Assembly (NCBI GenBank): GCA_028865345.1 | Contig: JAGWKL010000001.1 | Location: forward strand, 63,296-127,295 | DNA length: 64,000 bases | Source of the DNA: Candidatus Omnitrophota bacterium | GTDB taxonomy: Bacteria > Omnitrophota > Gorgyraeia > Zapsychrales > Fredricksoniimonadaceae | Direction: 5' to 3' | In this document: positions 12,585 to 24,451 of the stretch, one piece after another | Position numbering within the stretch: the stretch's first letter is position 1 | Layout of the letters: the number at the start of each line of letters is the position of its first letter | Program-made: the position numbers and the translations under genes | Notes under the pieces: model-generated | What the model was told of the DNA's origin: nothing | What the model saw: the letters and a program-made list of their open reading frames with translations, nothing else | The model's database searches: none

Positions 12585-15500
12585 TTAATCTCCGTGGGTT
12601 CTTCTTGGGTTTCCGGGACTTGCGGCGCTGAGCCTTCCGCTTTTTCCATACGGATGTCCAGGCAAAGCCCCTGCAATTCTTTCACCAAAACGTTGAACGA
12701 TTCCGGGATCCCGGGCGAAAGCGCCTGTTCCCCCTTGACGATCGCCTCATAGATGCGGCTCCTGCCCGTCACGTCGTCGGACTTAACGGTGAGCATCTCC
12801 TGCAGGGTGAAGGCGGCGCCGTAAGCTTCCAGGGCCCAGACTTCCATTTCTCCGAAACGCTGGCCGCCGAAATGGGCCTTTCCGCCCAGCGGCTGCTGGG
12901 TGACCAGGGAATACGGCCCGATGGAACGGGCATGGATCTTCTCGTCCACCAGGTGGTTGAGCTTAAGCATATAAATATAGCCGACCGTGACCTTTTGCTC
13001 AAAAGGCTGGCCTGAATGCCCGTCGAAAACAACGGCCTTGCCGTCCTCGGGAAGGTTGGCCTGCTTCAACAGTCCGCGGATCTCCTGCTCGGTGGCCCCG
13101 TTGAAAACAGGGGTCTCGCAATGGAACCCTAAAACTTTCGCGGCCCAGCCCAAATGCGTTTCCAGAAGCTGGCCCACGTTCATACGCGAAGGCACCCCCA
13201 GCGGGTTGAGGATGACGTCCACGGAACGGCCGTCTTCCAAAAAGGGCATGTCCTCTTCCGGAACGATACGGGAGACTATACCCTTGTTGCCGTGGCGGCC
13301 CGCCATCTTATCGCCGACCTGCAGCTTGCGTTTGGTGGCCACATAAACAACGACACGCTTCAAAACACCGGCCGGAAGCTCATCGCCCCGCCGGATACGG
13401 TCGGTTTCCAGGGTCTCATCCTCGCTCAATTCGGCCAGCTTGTCCGCATAGAAAACCATGATCTCGCGCGCTTCCGAGCCTTCTTCAAGGTCATCCATGG
13501 TCAGTTTGCCGACGCGCTTCTTGTCGATCCCCAAAGACTTGGCGAGCTTCTCGTCCTTTTCCCGGTTGATGATCTCAATCTCCTGGAGATAGTATTCCTT
13601 GATCTTGTTGATGGCCTGGGTTTCCTTGGCCTTGTCCTGTTTGGACTTGCGGCCGCGCTCATTGCGCTGGAAAACTTCCACATTGACCACAAAGCCTTCG
13701 ATGCCCGGCGGCAGCGTCAAAGAGGTGTCGCGGACATCCGCGGCCTTTTCACCGAAGATGGCGCGCAGCAGGCGCTCCTCGGGAGAAAGTTCCTTTTCGC
13801 TTTTGGGCGTGACCTTGCCGACCAGGATGTCGGTGGCCTTGACCTCGGCACCCACCCGCACGATGCCCTCCTCGGTCAAGTCCTTCAGGGACTCTTCAGC
13901 GACGTTGGGGATGTCGCGGGTGATCTCTTCGTTGCCCAGGCGTGTCTCGCGGCATTCGCATTCAAAACGTTCGATATGGATCGAGGTAAACACGTCTTCG
14001 CGCACAATGCGCTCATTGATCAAAATGGCGTCCTCAAAGTTATAACCGCGCCAGGGCATGAACGCAACCAGTACGTTGCGGCCCAGGGCCAAACGCCCTT
14101 CCTGGGTGCCGATGCCGTCCGCGATGGTCTGGCCGGCCTCCACCTTCTGGCCCGGCTTGACCAGCGGCCGCTGGTGCACGCAGGTATTGGCATTGGAACG
14201 CTGAAAATTCTTCAAGGGATAGGATGTTTTGCCGATGACGATCTCGCGGCCGTCAACCTTGCTGACCGTGCCGCCTTCCTGGGCGAGGACCACAACCCCG
14301 GAGTCACGGGCCACTTTTTCTTCCATGCCTGTTCCCACCAGGGGCACTTCCGGGATCATGAGCGGCACCGACTGGCGCTGCATGTTGGAACCCATCAGCG
14401 CGCGGTTGGCGTCGTCGTGCTCCAAAAACGGGATCAGGGCCGCGGCGACGCTGACCAGCTGTTTGGGGGAAACGTCCATGTACTCGACCTTTTCCGGCTT
14501 GACCCTGGGGAAATCCCCTTTGTAACGGCAGGAGACCAGGCTTTCCGTAAATTTGCCATGCTCATCCACCGGCGAGTTGGCCTGGGCGATGTATTTGTTC
14601 TGGTCCACGTCCGCGGTCAGGAACTCATATTTCTTGGAAACTTTGCCGTCGACAACTTTGCGGTACGGCGTTTCGATAAAGCCCAGCTCGTTGACGCGGG
14701 CACAGGTCGTCAAAGAGGCGATGAGGCCGATGTTCGGGCCTTCAGGTGTTTCAATGGGGCACACGCGGCCGTAATGGGTCGGGTGCACGTCGCGCACTTC
14801 GAAACCGGCGCGCTCGCGGCTCAAACCGCCGGGACCCAGGGCCGACATGCGGCGCTTGTGGGTCATTTCGGACAAAGGGTTGACCTGGTCCATGAATTGC
14901 GACAGCTGGCTGCGGGCAAAGAAATCCTGGATCTGGTTGGAGAACAAACGCGAGTTGATCAAATGATGCACGGTCAGGTTCTCAAAAGAGCTCATGACCA
15001 CCAAACGCTCCTTGATGGAACGCTCCAGGCGGGCGAGCCCGATGCGCACCTGGTTCTGGACCAATTCACCGACGGACTTGATGCGGCGGTTGCCCAAATG
15101 GTCGATATCGTCGCATTCGCCGGTGCCTTCACGCAGGGCGACCAGATATTTGATCACCGACACGACGGTCTCGATGTCCAGCACACGGTTGTCCATGGAC
15201 ACATTGGTGGCAAGCTTGCGGTTGACGATGTGCCGGCCGACCTTGGAAAGATCGTAGCGTTTGGGGTCAAAAAACAGCCGGAAGAACAGGGTTTCCGCCA
15301 CTTCCACGGTCGCAGGCTCGGTCGGACGCATTTTTCTGTAGAAATCCAGCAGGGCCTCTTCCTTGTTTGTCGTGTGGTCCTTCTCGAGGGTGTTTTTCAA
15401 CTTGTCAAACACATCGCCCAGCATTTTCTGCATGTCTTCCGACGACGAAAGGCCCATGATACGCAAAATCTGGCTGGCCGGGAAATTGCGGCGGCGGTCC

Positions 15501-16081
15501 ACGTAGGCGATCAGCACGTCGTTTAAGTCGTACTTGATCTCAAACCATGCGCCGCGGGAAGGGATCACGCGGCCGTAATAAATGCTTTTTCCCGTCGGAT
15601 GGGTCTCTTCTTCGAATGAGACGCCCGGCGGACGCTGGATCTGGGAAACCACCACACGCTCATCGCCGTTGATGATGAAGGTGCCGGTATCGGTCATGAG
15701 CGGGAAATCGCCGAAATAAACTTCCTGCTCTTTAATATCAACAGGGGTGATCAGCCGTAATTTGACTTTTAAGGGAGCGGCATAGGTCATGCCCCGGCGC
15801 TGGCACTCGTAGCGGGAATATTTTTCCTTGCCAATATTATAACCGATGTACTCCAGGCGGATCTGCGCATCATAGCTTTCCAGGGGAAACACCTCGCGGA
15901 AAACCTCTTCCAGACCCTGGTCCTTGCGCTTGTCCATCAGCATGTGCCGCTGCAGGAATTCTTCATAGGAGAGGGTTTGGATGTCAAGCAGCTTGGGCAG
16001 TTCGAAATTGTCCTGGAATTTACTAAAATCCTTGATTTTTAGCTTTTCCATAAGGTCCTTTTGGCTTGAAAATAAGAGCAA
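12581..16081 (-). CDS. rpoB: DNA-directed RNA polymerase subunit beta
   Basis: 1166 aa with rpoB-conserved blocks. ATGA overlap with rpoC. Confidence 0.97.
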   Translation of the reverse strand: MLLFSSQKDLMEKLKIKDFSKFQDNFELPKLLDIQTLSYEEFLQRHMLMDKRKDQGLEEVFREVFPLESYDAQIRLEYIGYNIGKEKYSRYECQRRGMTYAAPLKVKLRLITPVDIKEQEVYFGDFPLMTDTGTFIINGDERVVVSQIQRPPGVSFEEETHPTGKSIYYGRVIPSRGAWFEIKYDLNDVLIAYVDRRRNFPASQILRIMGLSSSEDMQKMLGDVFDKLKNTLEKDHTTNKEEALLDFYRKMRPTEPATVEVAETLFFRLFFDPKRYDLSKVGRHIVNRKLATNVSMDNRVLDIETVVSVIKYLVALREGTGECDDIDHLGNRRIKSVGELVQNQVRIGLARLERSIKERLVVMSSFENLTVHHLINSRLFSNQIQDFFARSQLSQFMDQVNPLSEMTHKRRMSALGPGGLSRERAGFEVRDVHPTHYGRVCPIETPEGPNIGLIASLTTCARVNELGFIETPYRKVVDGKVSKKYEFLTADVDQNKYIAQANSPVDEHGKFTESLVSCRYKGDFPRVKPEKVEYMDVSPKQLVSVAAALIPFLEHDDANRALMGSNMQRQSVPLMIPEVPLVGTGMEEKVARDSGVVVLAQEGGTVSKVDGREIVIGKTSYPLKNFQRSNANTCVHQRPLVKPGQKVEAGQTIADGIGTQEGRLALGRNVLVAFMPWRGYNFEDAILINERIVREDVFTSIHIERFECECRETRLGNEEITRDIPNVAEESLKDLTEEGIVRVGAEVKATDILVGKVTPKSEKELSPEERLLRAIFGEKAADVRDTSLTLPPGIEGFVVNVEVFQRNERGRKSKQDKAKETQAINKIKEYYLQEIEIINREKDEKLAKSLGIDKKRVGKLTMDDLEEGSEAREIMVFYADKLAELSEDETLETDRIRRGDELPAGVLKRVVVYVATKRKLQVGDKMAGRHGNKGIVSRIVPEEDMPFLEDGRSVDVILNPLGVPSRMNVGQLLETHLGWAAKVLGFHCETPVFNGATEQEIRGLLKQANLPEDGKAVVFDGHSGQPFEQKVTVGYIYMLKLNHLVDEKIHARSIGPYSLVTQQPLGGKAHFGGQRFGEMEVWALEAYGAAFTLQEMLTVKSDDVTGRSRIYEAIVKGEQALSPGIPESFNVLVKELQGLCLDIRMEKAEGSAPQVPETQEEPTEIK

Positions 16082-16144
16082 GACGAGGCAGTCCCTCTCT
16101 AAGAAGGATTGCCTTGTCTTGAAACTTGGGGCTGTTGAGCCGTC

Positions 16145-16552
16145 TTACTTGAGTTCAACTTTACCGCCCGCAGCTTCGATCTTTTTCTTGAGATCTTCAG
16201 CTTCGGCTTTGGGAACAGCTTCCTTGATGGTTTTGGGAGCTGACTCGACCAAGGTCTTGGCTTCAGCCAACCCTAAGTTGGTCACCGCGCGCACTTCCTT
16301 GATAACGCCGATCTTCTTGGCAGGATCAACTTCCTTTAAAATGACGTCAAAGGACGTTTTCTCCTCGGCGGGAGCGGCAGCTGCGGCACCACCACCAGCG
16401 GCGGCAACGGCCACAGGGGCCGCGGCGGAAATACCGAGACGGCTTTCCATGGCTTTGACCAGTTCGGCCAATTCCAGGACAGTCAAGCTGGTGACTTCCT
16501 TGTAGATCCCCTCAAGTTTGGGGGCCAATTCTTTAACGGCTGTTTCGGACAT
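16145..16552 (-). CDS. rplL: 50S ribosomal protein L7/L12
   Basis: 135 aa with an Ala-rich hinge and the typical C-terminal domain. Confidence 0.95.
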   Translation of the reverse strand: MSETAVKELAPKLEGIYKEVTSLTVLELAELVKAMESRLGISAAAPVAVAAAGGGAAAAAPAEEKTSFDVILKEVDPAKKIGVIKEVRAVTNLGLAEAKTLVESAPKTIKEAVPKAEAEDLKKKIEAAGGKVELK

Positions 16553-16568
16553 CGAACTTCCTCCCTTT

Positions 16569-17081
16569 TTAACTTTTCTGTTTTAAAATGGACATCAAAT
16601 CACGGGTCTTGCCGTTCAACGCACCGGCAAAACGGCTCACGGGCGCCGCCATAAGGCCTAACAATGTGGCCAGCAGCACCTCACGGGGCGGCAGATCGGA
16701 AAGTGTTTTGATCTGGTCTTCCGTCAATACGGCTCCGTCGAGCATTCCGCCGCGGACCACAAACCCTTCACAGTCCTTGGCGAACTTGACAAGGACCTTG
16801 GAAACTTCACAGGCATCCGCATCGCTTAAGATCAGGGCCATCTGGCCTTCAACGCGGTTGGCCAGGTCTTCGCATTTGGCTTCCTTCAGGGCAATGCGCG
16901 CCACCGACGATTTGGAAACCAGAACTTCAGCTTTCTTGCGCTTCAGGTCCTTGCGCAAAACATTCATTTTGGCGGAAGAAACGCCGCGGTAAGAAACCAC
17001 AAAGGTGCTGGACCTCTGCGCCACGCCTTCCTTGACGGAAGCGGCCATTTTTTGACGGAAAAGCGTCCCGACTTTCATCAT
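16569..17081 (-). CDS. rplJ: 50S ribosomal protein L10
   Basis: 170 aa, L10-like, between L1 and L7/L12. Confidence 0.9.
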   Translation of the reverse strand: MMKVGTLFRQKMAASVKEGVAQRSSTFVVSYRGVSSAKMNVLRKDLKRKKAEVLVSKSSVARIALKEAKCEDLANRVEGQMALILSDADACEVSKVLVKFAKDCEGFVVRGGMLDGAVLTEDQIKTLSDLPPREVLLATLLGLMAAPVSRFAGALNGKTRDLMSILKQKS

Positions 17082-17761
17082 ATCGCCACCTTCACTCCCG
17101 GTCCCATGGACGTTGCCAGGGCCAGACTCTTGATCAAATTGCCTTTGACCGCCGCGGGTTTGGCATGGTTGACCGCTTCAATGACCTGCTGGGCGTTTTC
17201 CACCAGCTTGTTTTCATCAAAGGACCTCTTGCCGATCCCTAAATGGATGCCCCCCTGCTTGTCGGACTTGAATTCGACGCGGCCGGCCTTGACTTCCTTG
17301 ATGGCGCGCTCCACATCCGCGGTCACGGTCCCGGCTTTGGGCGTCGGCATAAGCCCGCGCGGCCCCAAGAGCTTGCCTAATTTACTTAAGTCACGCATCA
17401 TGTCAGGGGTTGCCACCACAACATCAAAATCCATAAAACCACCGTTGACTTTCTCAATAAGGTCATTGTCACCCACAAAATCTGCGCCCGCTGCCTGGGC
17501 CTTGGAGGCGGCCTCGCCTTTGCAGAAGGCGGCCACGCGTACTTTTTTGCCGATGCCATGGGGAAGCACGACGGTGCCGCGCACGCCCTGGTCCGAGGCT
17601 TTCAAATCCAAATTTAAGTTAAAATGCAGTTCGACGGTCTCATCAAATTTGACCTTGGGGGCCTTGCTCAGGCGGTTGATCGCCTCCTGCAAAGTCAGGG
17701 GCTTTTCAATCGTGCCAATGGCTTTTTGGGCTTCCTTCATTCTTTTACTTAAACGGGACAT
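17078..17761 (-). CDS. rplA: 50S ribosomal protein L1
   Basis: Internal start MSRLSKRMKEAQ... gives a ~227-aa L1. The track ORF N-terminal extension is an alternative-start artefact. Confidence 0.9.
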   Translation of the reverse strand: MSRLSKRMKEAQKAIGTIEKPLTLQEAINRLSKAPKVKFDETVELHFNLNLDLKASDQGVRGTVVLPHGIGKKVRVAAFCKGEAASKAQAAGADFVGDNDLIEKVNGGFMDFDVVVATPDMMRDLSKLGKLLGPRGLMPTPKAGTVTADVERAIKEVKAGRVEFKSDKQGGIHLGIGKRSFDENKLVENAQQVIEAVNHAKPAAVKGNLIKSLALATSMGPGVKVAI

Positions 17762-17765
17762 ATGA

Positions 17766-18191
17766 TTATCCTTTGACCTCAATGCCCATGGAACGGGCCG
17801 TACCCTTGACCGTGGCGATGGCCTCGGACATGTCAATGGTATTTAAATCATCCATTTTCATTTTGGCGATCTCCTCGACCTGCTTGAGCGTCAAGGATCC
17901 TATCACTTCCTTGCCCGCCGTGCCTGAAGCCTTGGCCAGTTTGGCGCTCTTTTTGATCAACGCCGACGTCGGGGGCGTTTTGATGACGAAATCGAACGAT
18001 TTGTCCTTGTAAACCGTGATGACGACCGGCAAAGGCAGCGGATCCTTGCCCTTGGTCTTGTCATTAAAGGACTTGCAAAACATCATGATGTTGACGCCAT
18101 GCTGGCCCAATGCAGGACCGACCGGCGGGGCCGGGTTCGCTTGGCCCGCGGGAACGTACAATCTGATCTGTGCAACAGCCTCTTTAGCCAT
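17766..18191 (-). CDS. rplK: 50S ribosomal protein L11
   Basis: 141 aa beginning [34 protein letters not shown]. Confidence 0.95.
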   Translation of the reverse strand: MAKEAVAQIRLYVPAGQANPAPPVGPALGQHGVNIMMFCKSFNDKTKGKDPLPLPVVITVYKDKSFDFVIKTPPTSALIKKSAKLAKASGTAGKEVIGSLTLKQVEEIAKMKMDDLNTIDMSEAIATVKGTARSMGIEVKG

Positions 18192-18251
18192 AACAACTCT
18201 CTGATAGCGGTTTACGAAAGCTGCCGGTGAGGGCAGTCGGGCGCCATCCTC

Positions 18252-18776
18252 CTATATTTTTTCAACCTGCCAATATTCGAGCTCCACGAGTGTCGAACGA
18301 CCGAAAATAGAGACACTGACCTTTAATTTGCCGCGATCCGGATAAACTTCCATGACCGAACCGTTAAAATTCGCGAAAGGCCCCTGCGAAATACGAATGG
18401 CCTCACCCACCTCAAAAACGACCTTGGGCGAAGGCTTGGACTCGGTTTCCTGCGTCCTCTTAAGGATGTTGTCCACCTCGGTCTCGGTCAACGGCTGCGG
18501 CTGGCGGCCGGGGCCGATGAAGCCTGTGATCCCGGGCGTTGTCTTGACCAAATACCAGCTTTCCTTGGTCATCTCCATCTTAACGAGCAGATAGCCCGGA
18601 AAAAACTTGCGGCTGGTAATCCTCTTTTTGCCGCCGCGCACCTCGGAAACCTGTTCCGTGGGAACAACGACTTCCTCAATATATTTCTTCAATTCCGTCG
18701 TGGCAATACGGCTTTCGAGCCCCGCTCTTGCGCGCTCTTCGGCCCCTGTCTGCGTGTGAACTACATACCATTTCAT
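18252..18776 (-). CDS. nusG: Transcription termination/antitermination factor NusG
   Basis: 174 aa beginning MKWYVVHTQTGAEERA, with a KOW domain at the C-terminus. Confidence 0.9.
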   Translation of the reverse strand: MKWYVVHTQTGAEERARAGLESRIATTELKKYIEEVVVPTEQVSEVRGGKKRITSRKFFPGYLLVKMEMTKESWYLVKTTPGITGFIGPGRQPQPLTETEVDNILKRTQETESKPSPKVVFEVGEAIRISQGPFANFNGSVMEVYPDRGKLKVSVSIFGRSTLVELEYWQVEKI

Positions 18777-18778
18777 AG

Positions 18779-18928
18779 TTATTTAATTATGAGTGTAACG
18801 CCTCTGGAAAAAATGACGTCTGCAACCGCTATCAACAGCCCCAATAAAAATGAACTAAAAATTACGATCAGGGTCGAATCCACAAGTTCCCGGCGGGTAC
18901 ACCAGGAAACTTTTTTCATCTCCGCCAT
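18779..18928 (-). CDS. secE: Preprotein translocase subunit SecE (short form). The start is uncertain because the upstream part of the track ORF overlaps tRNA-Trp.
   Basis: Single hydrophobic helix IVIFSSFLLGLLIAVADVIFS immediately upstream of nusG. ATG at 18926-18928. Confidence 0.55.
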   Translation of the reverse strand: MAEMKKVSWCTRRELVDSTLIVIFSSFLLGLLIAVADVIFSRGVTLIIK

Positions 18929-18989
18929 AACTTCACTGAAAAACTTTTGAATGCTTTGGACCAAGATCCTTACTCCGCAATTATTAAAA

Positions 18990-19063
18990 CAGGCCTGGCA
19001 GGAGTCGAACCTGCAACGCACGGTTTTGGAGACCGTCGCTCTACCAATTGGAGCTACAGGCCT
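18990..19063 (-). tRNA. tRNA-Trp (anticodon CCA)
   Basis: Cloverleaf read by eye: acceptor AGGCCTG/CAGGCCT, anticodon loop CTCCAAA, T-loop GGTTCGACTCC. Confidence 0.8.
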
Positions 19064-19123
19064 AATATTCCCTATTGCTTCGGCATCTGAGCCCGCGGCT
19101 TAAGGCCGTGCTATTGCTGTTGT

Positions 19124-19276
19124 TTATTTTTTCGTCTCTTTGTGCGGCGTGTATTTGCGACAAAAAGCACAAAATTTCTTAAACTCCAGGCGTTCCGGAT
19201 TTTGTTTTTTATCCTTGGTGCTGTTGTAATTGATGCGATTGCACTCGGTGCATTGAAAATGAATTGTCTCGCGCAT
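19124..19276 (-). CDS. rpmG: 50S ribosomal protein L33
   Basis: Internal start MRETIHFQCTECNRINYNSTKDKK...CAFCRKYTPHKETKK, a Zn-ribbon L33 of ~50 aa. Confidence 0.85.
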   Translation of the reverse strand: MRETIHFQCTECNRINYNSTKDKKQNPERLEFKKFCAFCRKYTPHKETKK

Positions 19277-19354
19277 ATTTATTTTATCCTTGCGCTCCCC
19301 CGTCGGCTTAGGCACTGTCCCGCCGGAGTCACAGAAGAGAATTATTTTTAAAGA

Positions 19355-19427
19355 AGCCCTCGAGCGGGATTGAACCGCTGGCCTCGTCCTTACCAAGGAC
19401 GTGCTCTACCAACTGAGCTACAAGGGC
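19355..19427 (-). tRNA. tRNA-Thr (anticodon GGT)
   Basis: Cloverleaf read by eye: acceptor GCCCTTG/CGAGGGC, D-arm GCTCAGTTGGTAGAGC, anticodon loop TTGGTAA, T-loop GGTTCAATCC. Confidence 0.8.
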
Positions 19428-19531
19428 ATGAGACTTTGCCGCCCCGCAGCAGTTCACCCATCCTAAATGGGCGAAATAATGAACCACGAGTATATCCGGC
19501 AGATATTATATTGTCAAGAATATTTTTTGGT

Positions 19532-20734
19532 TTACAGGAGCCTTAAGAAGCGCCGCTTGCCGATCTTCAATACCCCGGCCGCGGGCGCCCAGTTTTCGTC
19601 GCTGACCGCCCCGCCTTCATGCGTAACAGCGCCTTCCTTGATAAGCCTTCTGGCCTCGTTCTTGGTGGCCACTATTTTCGTAACTGCCAAAATATCAATA
19701 ATTTTGTCACCTGAAGAAATTTTATACTCTGGGATATCGGCTGGCACCTGGTGCTGGCTGAATTGTTTCTCAAAATGTTCCCTTGCCTGAGTTCCTGCAC
19801 TGGGAGAAGACGTGGAGGCTCTAAGATTAAGGACTCGGGGAATCACAGTGACATCTTGATTTGAAGAATAAAACGTATCAACAATTATTTGAGCCAACTG
19901 CTTTTTGGCTTCCATGGGGTGCATTTTCTTGACTTCGTCCAGGTCCGCCTCGGTCAGGATTTCATAATAACGCAACATGAGCTCATCGCTGATCGACATC
20001 ACCTTACCGAAAATGTCATTGGGCGCCTCATTGATGCCGATGTAATTACCCAGGGACTTACTCATTTTATTGACCCCGTCGGTGCCTTCCAGCAAAGGCG
20101 TCATCAGCACCACCTGCGGTTTCTGTCCATGGGCTTCCTGCAGCTGGCGTCCCATGAGTAGATTGAATTTCTGGTCAGTGCCGCCCAACTCCACGTCGGC
20201 TTTGAGAAACACGGAATCGTAACCCTGAAGAAGCGGATAAATGAATTCCAGCAGGCTGATCTCTTTGCCGGACTCAAAACGTTTTTTGAAATCCGCCCGG
20301 GCCAGCATCTGCGCTACGGTCAGATGGGCGGACAATTCCATCAAATCTTGAGGCGTTAATTTATTCAGCCAATGACTGTTAAAAACAACCTTGGTTTTTT
20401 GGGGATCGAGGATCTTAAAAACCTGGGCTTTGTAGGTGACGGCATTCTTTTCGATCTCCGCCATGGACATCTTCTTGCGCAACTCATTGCGCCCCGTAGG
20501 ATCACCCACTTGCGCGGTAAAATCCCCAATAAGAAAAAAGACCTGATGTCCCAGGTCCTGGAATTGTTTAAGTTTACGCAATAAAACAGTATGGCCTAAA
20601 TGGATGTCCGGAGCTGTAGGGTCAAAACCGGCCTTGATGACCAGAGGCCTGCCTTCTTTAAGCTTGGACTCAAGGTCTCCGATGATCTCTGTGGCACCGC
20701 GGCTGAGTCTCTTGAGGGCTTCCTGTTGTGTCAT
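19532..20734 (-). CDS. tyrS: Tyrosine--tRNA ligase
   Basis: Class I HIGH motif (HLGH) and KMSKS, plus a C-terminal S4-like domain. 400 aa. Confidence 0.9.
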   Translation of the reverse strand: MTQQEALKRLSRGATEIIGDLESKLKEGRPLVIKAGFDPTAPDIHLGHTVLLRKLKQFQDLGHQVFFLIGDFTAQVGDPTGRNELRKKMSMAEIEKNAVTYKAQVFKILDPQKTKVVFNSHWLNKLTPQDLMELSAHLTVAQMLARADFKKRFESGKEISLLEFIYPLLQGYDSVFLKADVELGGTDQKFNLLMGRQLQEAHGQKPQVVLMTPLLEGTDGVNKMSKSLGNYIGINEAPNDIFGKVMSISDELMLRYYEILTEADLDEVKKMHPMEAKKQLAQIIVDTFYSSNQDVTVIPRVLNLRASTSSPSAGTQAREHFEKQFSQHQVPADIPEYKISSGDKIIDILAVTKIVATKNEARRLIKEGAVTHEGGAVSDENWAPAAGVLKIGKRRFLRLL

Positions 20735-20803
20735 ATTAAGGAAGTAAGGAAAAAAGCAACAGGCACGACTTTCTTTTAAAGAAAATCGTGCCTGTCACTA
20801 TTT

Positions 20804-22348
20804 TTATAATCTCGCGCTGACGCCGATCTTCATGCCTTCGACATCAACTTTGATGATCTTGACCTGGAGCTTGTCTCCCGGCTTCAAAGCATTGGCCTGG
20901 TTTTTGTCAATTTCCGAGGAATAGACCAGGGCCTCGATATCATCCGCCAATTTCACGAAAACGCCGAAATTGGAATTCATGATGACTGACGCATCGACGA
21001 CGGAACCGACCGGGAATTTCTCGGCGATGGTGCTCCACGGATTGGGCTGCATCTGCTTTAAACCCAGGGTGATCTTCCGGGCTTCGGCATCGACGCCCAG
21101 AACCATGACCTCAAGCCCCTCTCCCTTTTGCACCACTTCCTGGGGATGATTGATCTTTCTGGTCCACGACATGTCGGAAACGTGGATCATGCCTTCCAGT
21201 CCGTTCTCCAGTTCCACAAAAGCGCCATAATCGGTAAACCCGCGGATGACGCCCTTGGCCGGAGAACCCGCCTTAAACTTAGCCGCAGCGGAATTCCACG
21301 GATTTTCTTCCAATTGCTTCATGCTCAGGGAAATGCGCTTGGCATCCTTGTCCACATGAATGACCGCAACTTCGATGATGTCCCCCAATTTAAACATCTC
21401 CTGGGGATTGACCATTTTTTTCTGCCAGGTGATCTCGGAAGAATGCAGAAGCCCTTCGATGCCCTTGTCGATCTCTACAAAAACACCGTAAGGCATGATA
21501 TTGACGATCTTGCCCTTGATGCGGGTCCCCGGCGGGAATTTGGCCGCGGATTCATCCCAGGGGTTGGAAGTGATCTGCTTGAGGCCCAAAGAGACCTTGG
21601 AGTTGTCCTTGTCAAAATCCAGGACCAGCACCTCGACCTTCTGTCCGACGGAAACAATTTCGGAAGGATGGTTGATGCGGCTCCAGCTCATATCGGTGAT
21701 ATGCAGCAGGCCGTCCACCCCGCCCAAATCGATAAAAGCGCCGAAATCCGTAATGCCTTTGACCGTGCCGCGGCGCTTCTGGCCTTTTTTAAGTTCGGCC
21801 CAAAGCTTCTCGCGCACCTCTTCCCTTTCCTTCTGCACCATTTCCCGGCGCGAAAGGATGAGGTTACGGCGCTGCTTGTTCATTTTGGCCACGACAAACT
21901 TGTACGTATGTGTCGTGATGTCATGGTTGGAGAGCCCCTTGAACGCGGAGAGAGACATCGGCAAAAACGCCTCGATGCCGAAAACATCGACGATGTAGCC
22001 GCCTTTGACCGCGCGCACCACACGGCCTTCCAGGACGTCGCCTTCGTTGATATCATCGGAAATCTTCTGCCATCCTTTGAGCCGCTCGGCCTTGGCAAAG
22101 GACAGGATCAACCGGCCGTTGTCGTCCTCGATGTTCTCGATCAGGACCTCGAGCTGCTGGCCCACGGCCAACTGGGACGGGTCACGGAACTCCTCGATAG
22201 GGACAAAGCCTTCGGATTTAAACCCGATGTCCACGATGACCTCCTTGGGAGTGATCGCGGCGATGACCCCTTTTGAAACTTCGCCTTCCTTAATATCCTT
22301 CAAGGTGCTGGCGTACAACTCTTCCATTACTGATTTTTCTGAACTCAT
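20804..22348 (-). CDS. rpsA: 30S ribosomal protein S1
   Basis: Repeated S1 domains. Probable start MSSEKSVMEELYAS with an AAGGA-like RBS upstream. Confidence 0.9.
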   Translation of the reverse strand: MSSEKSVMEELYASTLKDIKEGEVSKGVIAAITPKEVIVDIGFKSEGFVPIEEFRDPSQLAVGQQLEVLIENIEDDNGRLILSFAKAERLKGWQKISDDINEGDVLEGRVVRAVKGGYIVDVFGIEAFLPMSLSAFKGLSNHDITTHTYKFVVAKMNKQRRNLILSRREMVQKEREEVREKLWAELKKGQKRRGTVKGITDFGAFIDLGGVDGLLHITDMSWSRINHPSEIVSVGQKVEVLVLDFDKDNSKVSLGLKQITSNPWDESAAKFPPGTRIKGKIVNIMPYGVFVEIDKGIEGLLHSSEITWQKKMVNPQEMFKLGDIIEVAVIHVDKDAKRISLSMKQLEENPWNSAAAKFKAGSPAKGVIRGFTDYGAFVELENGLEGMIHVSDMSWTRKINHPQEVVQKGEGLEVMVLGVDAEARKITLGLKQMQPNPWSTIAEKFPVGSVVDASVIMNSNFGVFVKLADDIEALVYSSEIDKNQANALKPGDKLQVKIIKVDVEGMKIGVSARL

Positions 22349-22448
22349 TGACTTGAATCCTTCTTTCTTCATAGGAATTCTTTGCGATGAACTGCGCCGC
22401 AAAGTTTGGTCATTATGCCAAAAAGGGCCTAAATGTCAACTGAAATCT

Positions 22449-23027
22449 TTACGCTAAGGCGTAAATTTTATCCAGGATGCGCTGGGAGGCCTCTTCGTAA
22501 GAGGGGGCATCTTTGACGTAAAACGGTTCGCCGAAGATCGCGAAGACGCGGCCGCGTTTGAGGGATTTGGTGCCCGGCGCCATGACCTTGTCCGTGCCCT
22601 TGACGTAAACAGGCACGATAGGCACCCCGGATTTCATGGCTAAAAATCCAACGCCTGCTTGGGCTTTGGATGGAGCGTTGCCGATGCGCCGAGTGCCTTC
22701 CACAAAGATCAGTATCACGCGCCCCATTTTCAGGCGCTTGAGCGCTTCCCTCATGGCACCGAAATCCGCTTCCCCCCTTTTGACCGGAAAGGACCCCAAC
22801 CGCGTGAGGATAAATCCCAACACGCCTTTGAACAATTCTATCTTGGCCATAAAATTCAGGCGCCGGACCGAAGATATCCCCAAAAGCACAGGGTCCAGGT
22901 TGCTGATGTGATTACTGGCCAGGATAAAGGCGCCCTGGCGCGGGATTTTTTGCGTTTGAAAGGCGGTAAATGGAAAATAAAACCAGCTGACGACCTTGGT
23001 TAGGAAGTAAACGATGTAGTAGATCAT
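22449..23027 (-). CDS. plsC: 1-acyl-sn-glycerol-3-phosphate acyltransferase
   Basis: Acyltransferase HX4D motif NHISNLD and a FVEGTR block. Confidence 0.8.
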   Translation of the reverse strand: MIYYIVYFLTKVVSWFYFPFTAFQTQKIPRQGAFILASNHISNLDPVLLGISSVRRLNFMAKIELFKGVLGFILTRLGSFPVKRGEADFGAMREALKRLKMGRVILIFVEGTRRIGNAPSKAQAGVGFLAMKSGVPIVPVYVKGTDKVMAPGTKSLKRGRVFAIFGEPFYVKDAPSYEEASQRILDKIYALA

Positions 23028-24451
23028 AAAAATGACTTGGGGTCTACCTGTTGCCGGCCGAATTCCAGGATGTCCTTGGACCTCTTGAGACTCTTGGCCT
23101 CCGCATAAATGCGCACCAGCGGCTCAGTGCCGGAGGGGCGGAACATCAGCCAGTCCTCGTTCTCACAGATGAGCTTGACCCCGTCGAAGTCCTTGACCTC
23201 AACGACCTTCTTGCCTAAAACCGAAGAAATCGTTTTCAGTTTATTCAAATCAACCTTTTTGGCATCCATGGCATAATCCAGCCGCGTGTAATAATACCGG
23301 CCGAATTCTTTTTCCATGTCATCAACCAGCTGTTTAAAATTCTTCTTGTTGTAAACCATCATCTCCAAAAGCAGCAGGCCCGACAAGGTGCCGTCGCGTT
23401 CCGGTATATAACCGGGAAGTCCCATGCCGCCGGCCTCTTCCCCGCCGGCCACGATTTTTTCAGAGACCATCAAATCCGAAATATACTTAAAGCCCACCGG
23501 CGTCTCATAAAGCTTGCGGCCCAATTTTTGGGCAATGTGATCAAGCATGGTGGTGCCGCACAAGGTCTTGACGATACCGCCTTGCACATGGCGGTTGCGC
23601 ACCAAATGCAGGATCAAAAGCCCCAAAATTTTCTGGGGTGACACAAATTCACCGCCGGGCATTACGGCGGCAATGCGGTCGGCGTCCCCGTCCAGCACGT
23701 GGCCGAAATCAAATTTCTCGTTTTTCATGCGTCCCATCATCACCTGCAGGCATTCAGGAATGGGCTCCGGCTTGCTGCCGTCAAAAGAGGGGTTGACGTC
23801 CTCGCGCATAAGAGTGAGCTTAATGTCCGTTCCCTTTAAAATCCGGCGCATCAGGTCCCGGCCGCTGCCGTGCATGATATCGCTTAAGACCTTGTATTTT
23901 GCGGTCTTCATTTTCCTGAGATTGATATACCCGCGCAAAAATTTGACATATGCCGCTTTAAAATCATGCACCACGATCAATCCCTGATCAACGGCTTCGC
24001 TTAAGCCCAAACGCTTGAACGGCGTCTGGCCCAAATATCCCTCGATGGCATTGGTAATGTCCTTGGAAGCAGCGCCGCCTTGGGAGGTCTTGATCTTGAT
24101 GCCGTTGAATTTGGCCGGGTTGTGCGAGGCCGTGATCATGATGCCGCAAACGTTCTTAAAGCCCACCACCCCGAAACTCAGCGCCGGCGTGGGCAGGGAG
24201 GTGTCGGAGAGCCAGGTCTTGATGCCGTTGGCCGCGAAAACCTCTGCCACGGCTTGCGCGTATTCCGCGGACAAAAAACGGTTGTCGTAACCCACCGAGG
24301 CGCTTTTCATCGCAAACTGGGAATTGTTTTTATTGACCCAATCCGCCGCGGCCTGGGCCACGATGCGGACATTTTCAAAAGTAAAGGTATCTGAAATCAC
24401 GGCACGCCAGCCGTCGGTGCCGAATTTGATCTGTGTTTTGATGTCGCTCAT
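23024..24451 (-). CDS. Phosphohexomutase (phosphomannomutase/phosphoglucomutase family)
   Basis: Active-site TASHNP motif and the four-domain PGM/PMM architecture. 475 aa. Confidence 0.8.
   Translation of the reverse strand: MSDIKTQIKFGTDGWRAVISDTFTFENVRIVAQAAADWVNKNNSQFAMKSASVGYDNRFLSAEYAQAVAEVFAANGIKTWLSDTSLPTPALSFGVVGFKNVCGIMITASHNPAKFNGIKIKTSQGGAASKDITNAIEGYLGQTPFKRLGLSEAVDQGLIVVHDFKAAYVKFLRGYINLRKMKTAKYKVLSDIMHGSGRDLMRRILKGTDIKLTLMREDVNPSFDGSKPEPIPECLQVMMGRMKNEKFDFGHVLDGDADRIAAVMPGGEFVSPQKILGLLILHLVRNRHVQGGIVKTLCGTTMLDHIAQKLGRKLYETPVGFKYISDLMVSEKIVAGGEEAGGMGLPGYIPERDGTLSGLLLLEMMVYNKKNFKQLVDDMEKEFGRYYYTRLDYAMDAKKVDLNKLKTISSVLGKKVVEVKDFDGVKLICENEDWLMFRPSGTEPLVRIYAEAKSLKRSKDILEFGRQQVDPKSFL

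Noticed and set aside
13154-15526. Long antisense ORFs inside real genes (e.g. 790 aa at 13154-15526 opposite rpoB, 339 aa at 4414-5433 opposite tuf, 362 aa at 45606-46694 opposite GT-B, 333 aa at 54888-55889, 313 aa at 10710-11651)
   Set aside because: Low-complexity Arg/Gly/Asp/His-rich translations typical of the reverse strand of GC-rich coding DNA. The opposing frames encode unmistakable conserved proteins.
18779-19021. Full 80-aa track ORF as secE
   Set aside because: Its upstream third overlaps the tRNA-Trp gene (18990-19063). Only the portion from the ATG at 18928 can encode SecE.
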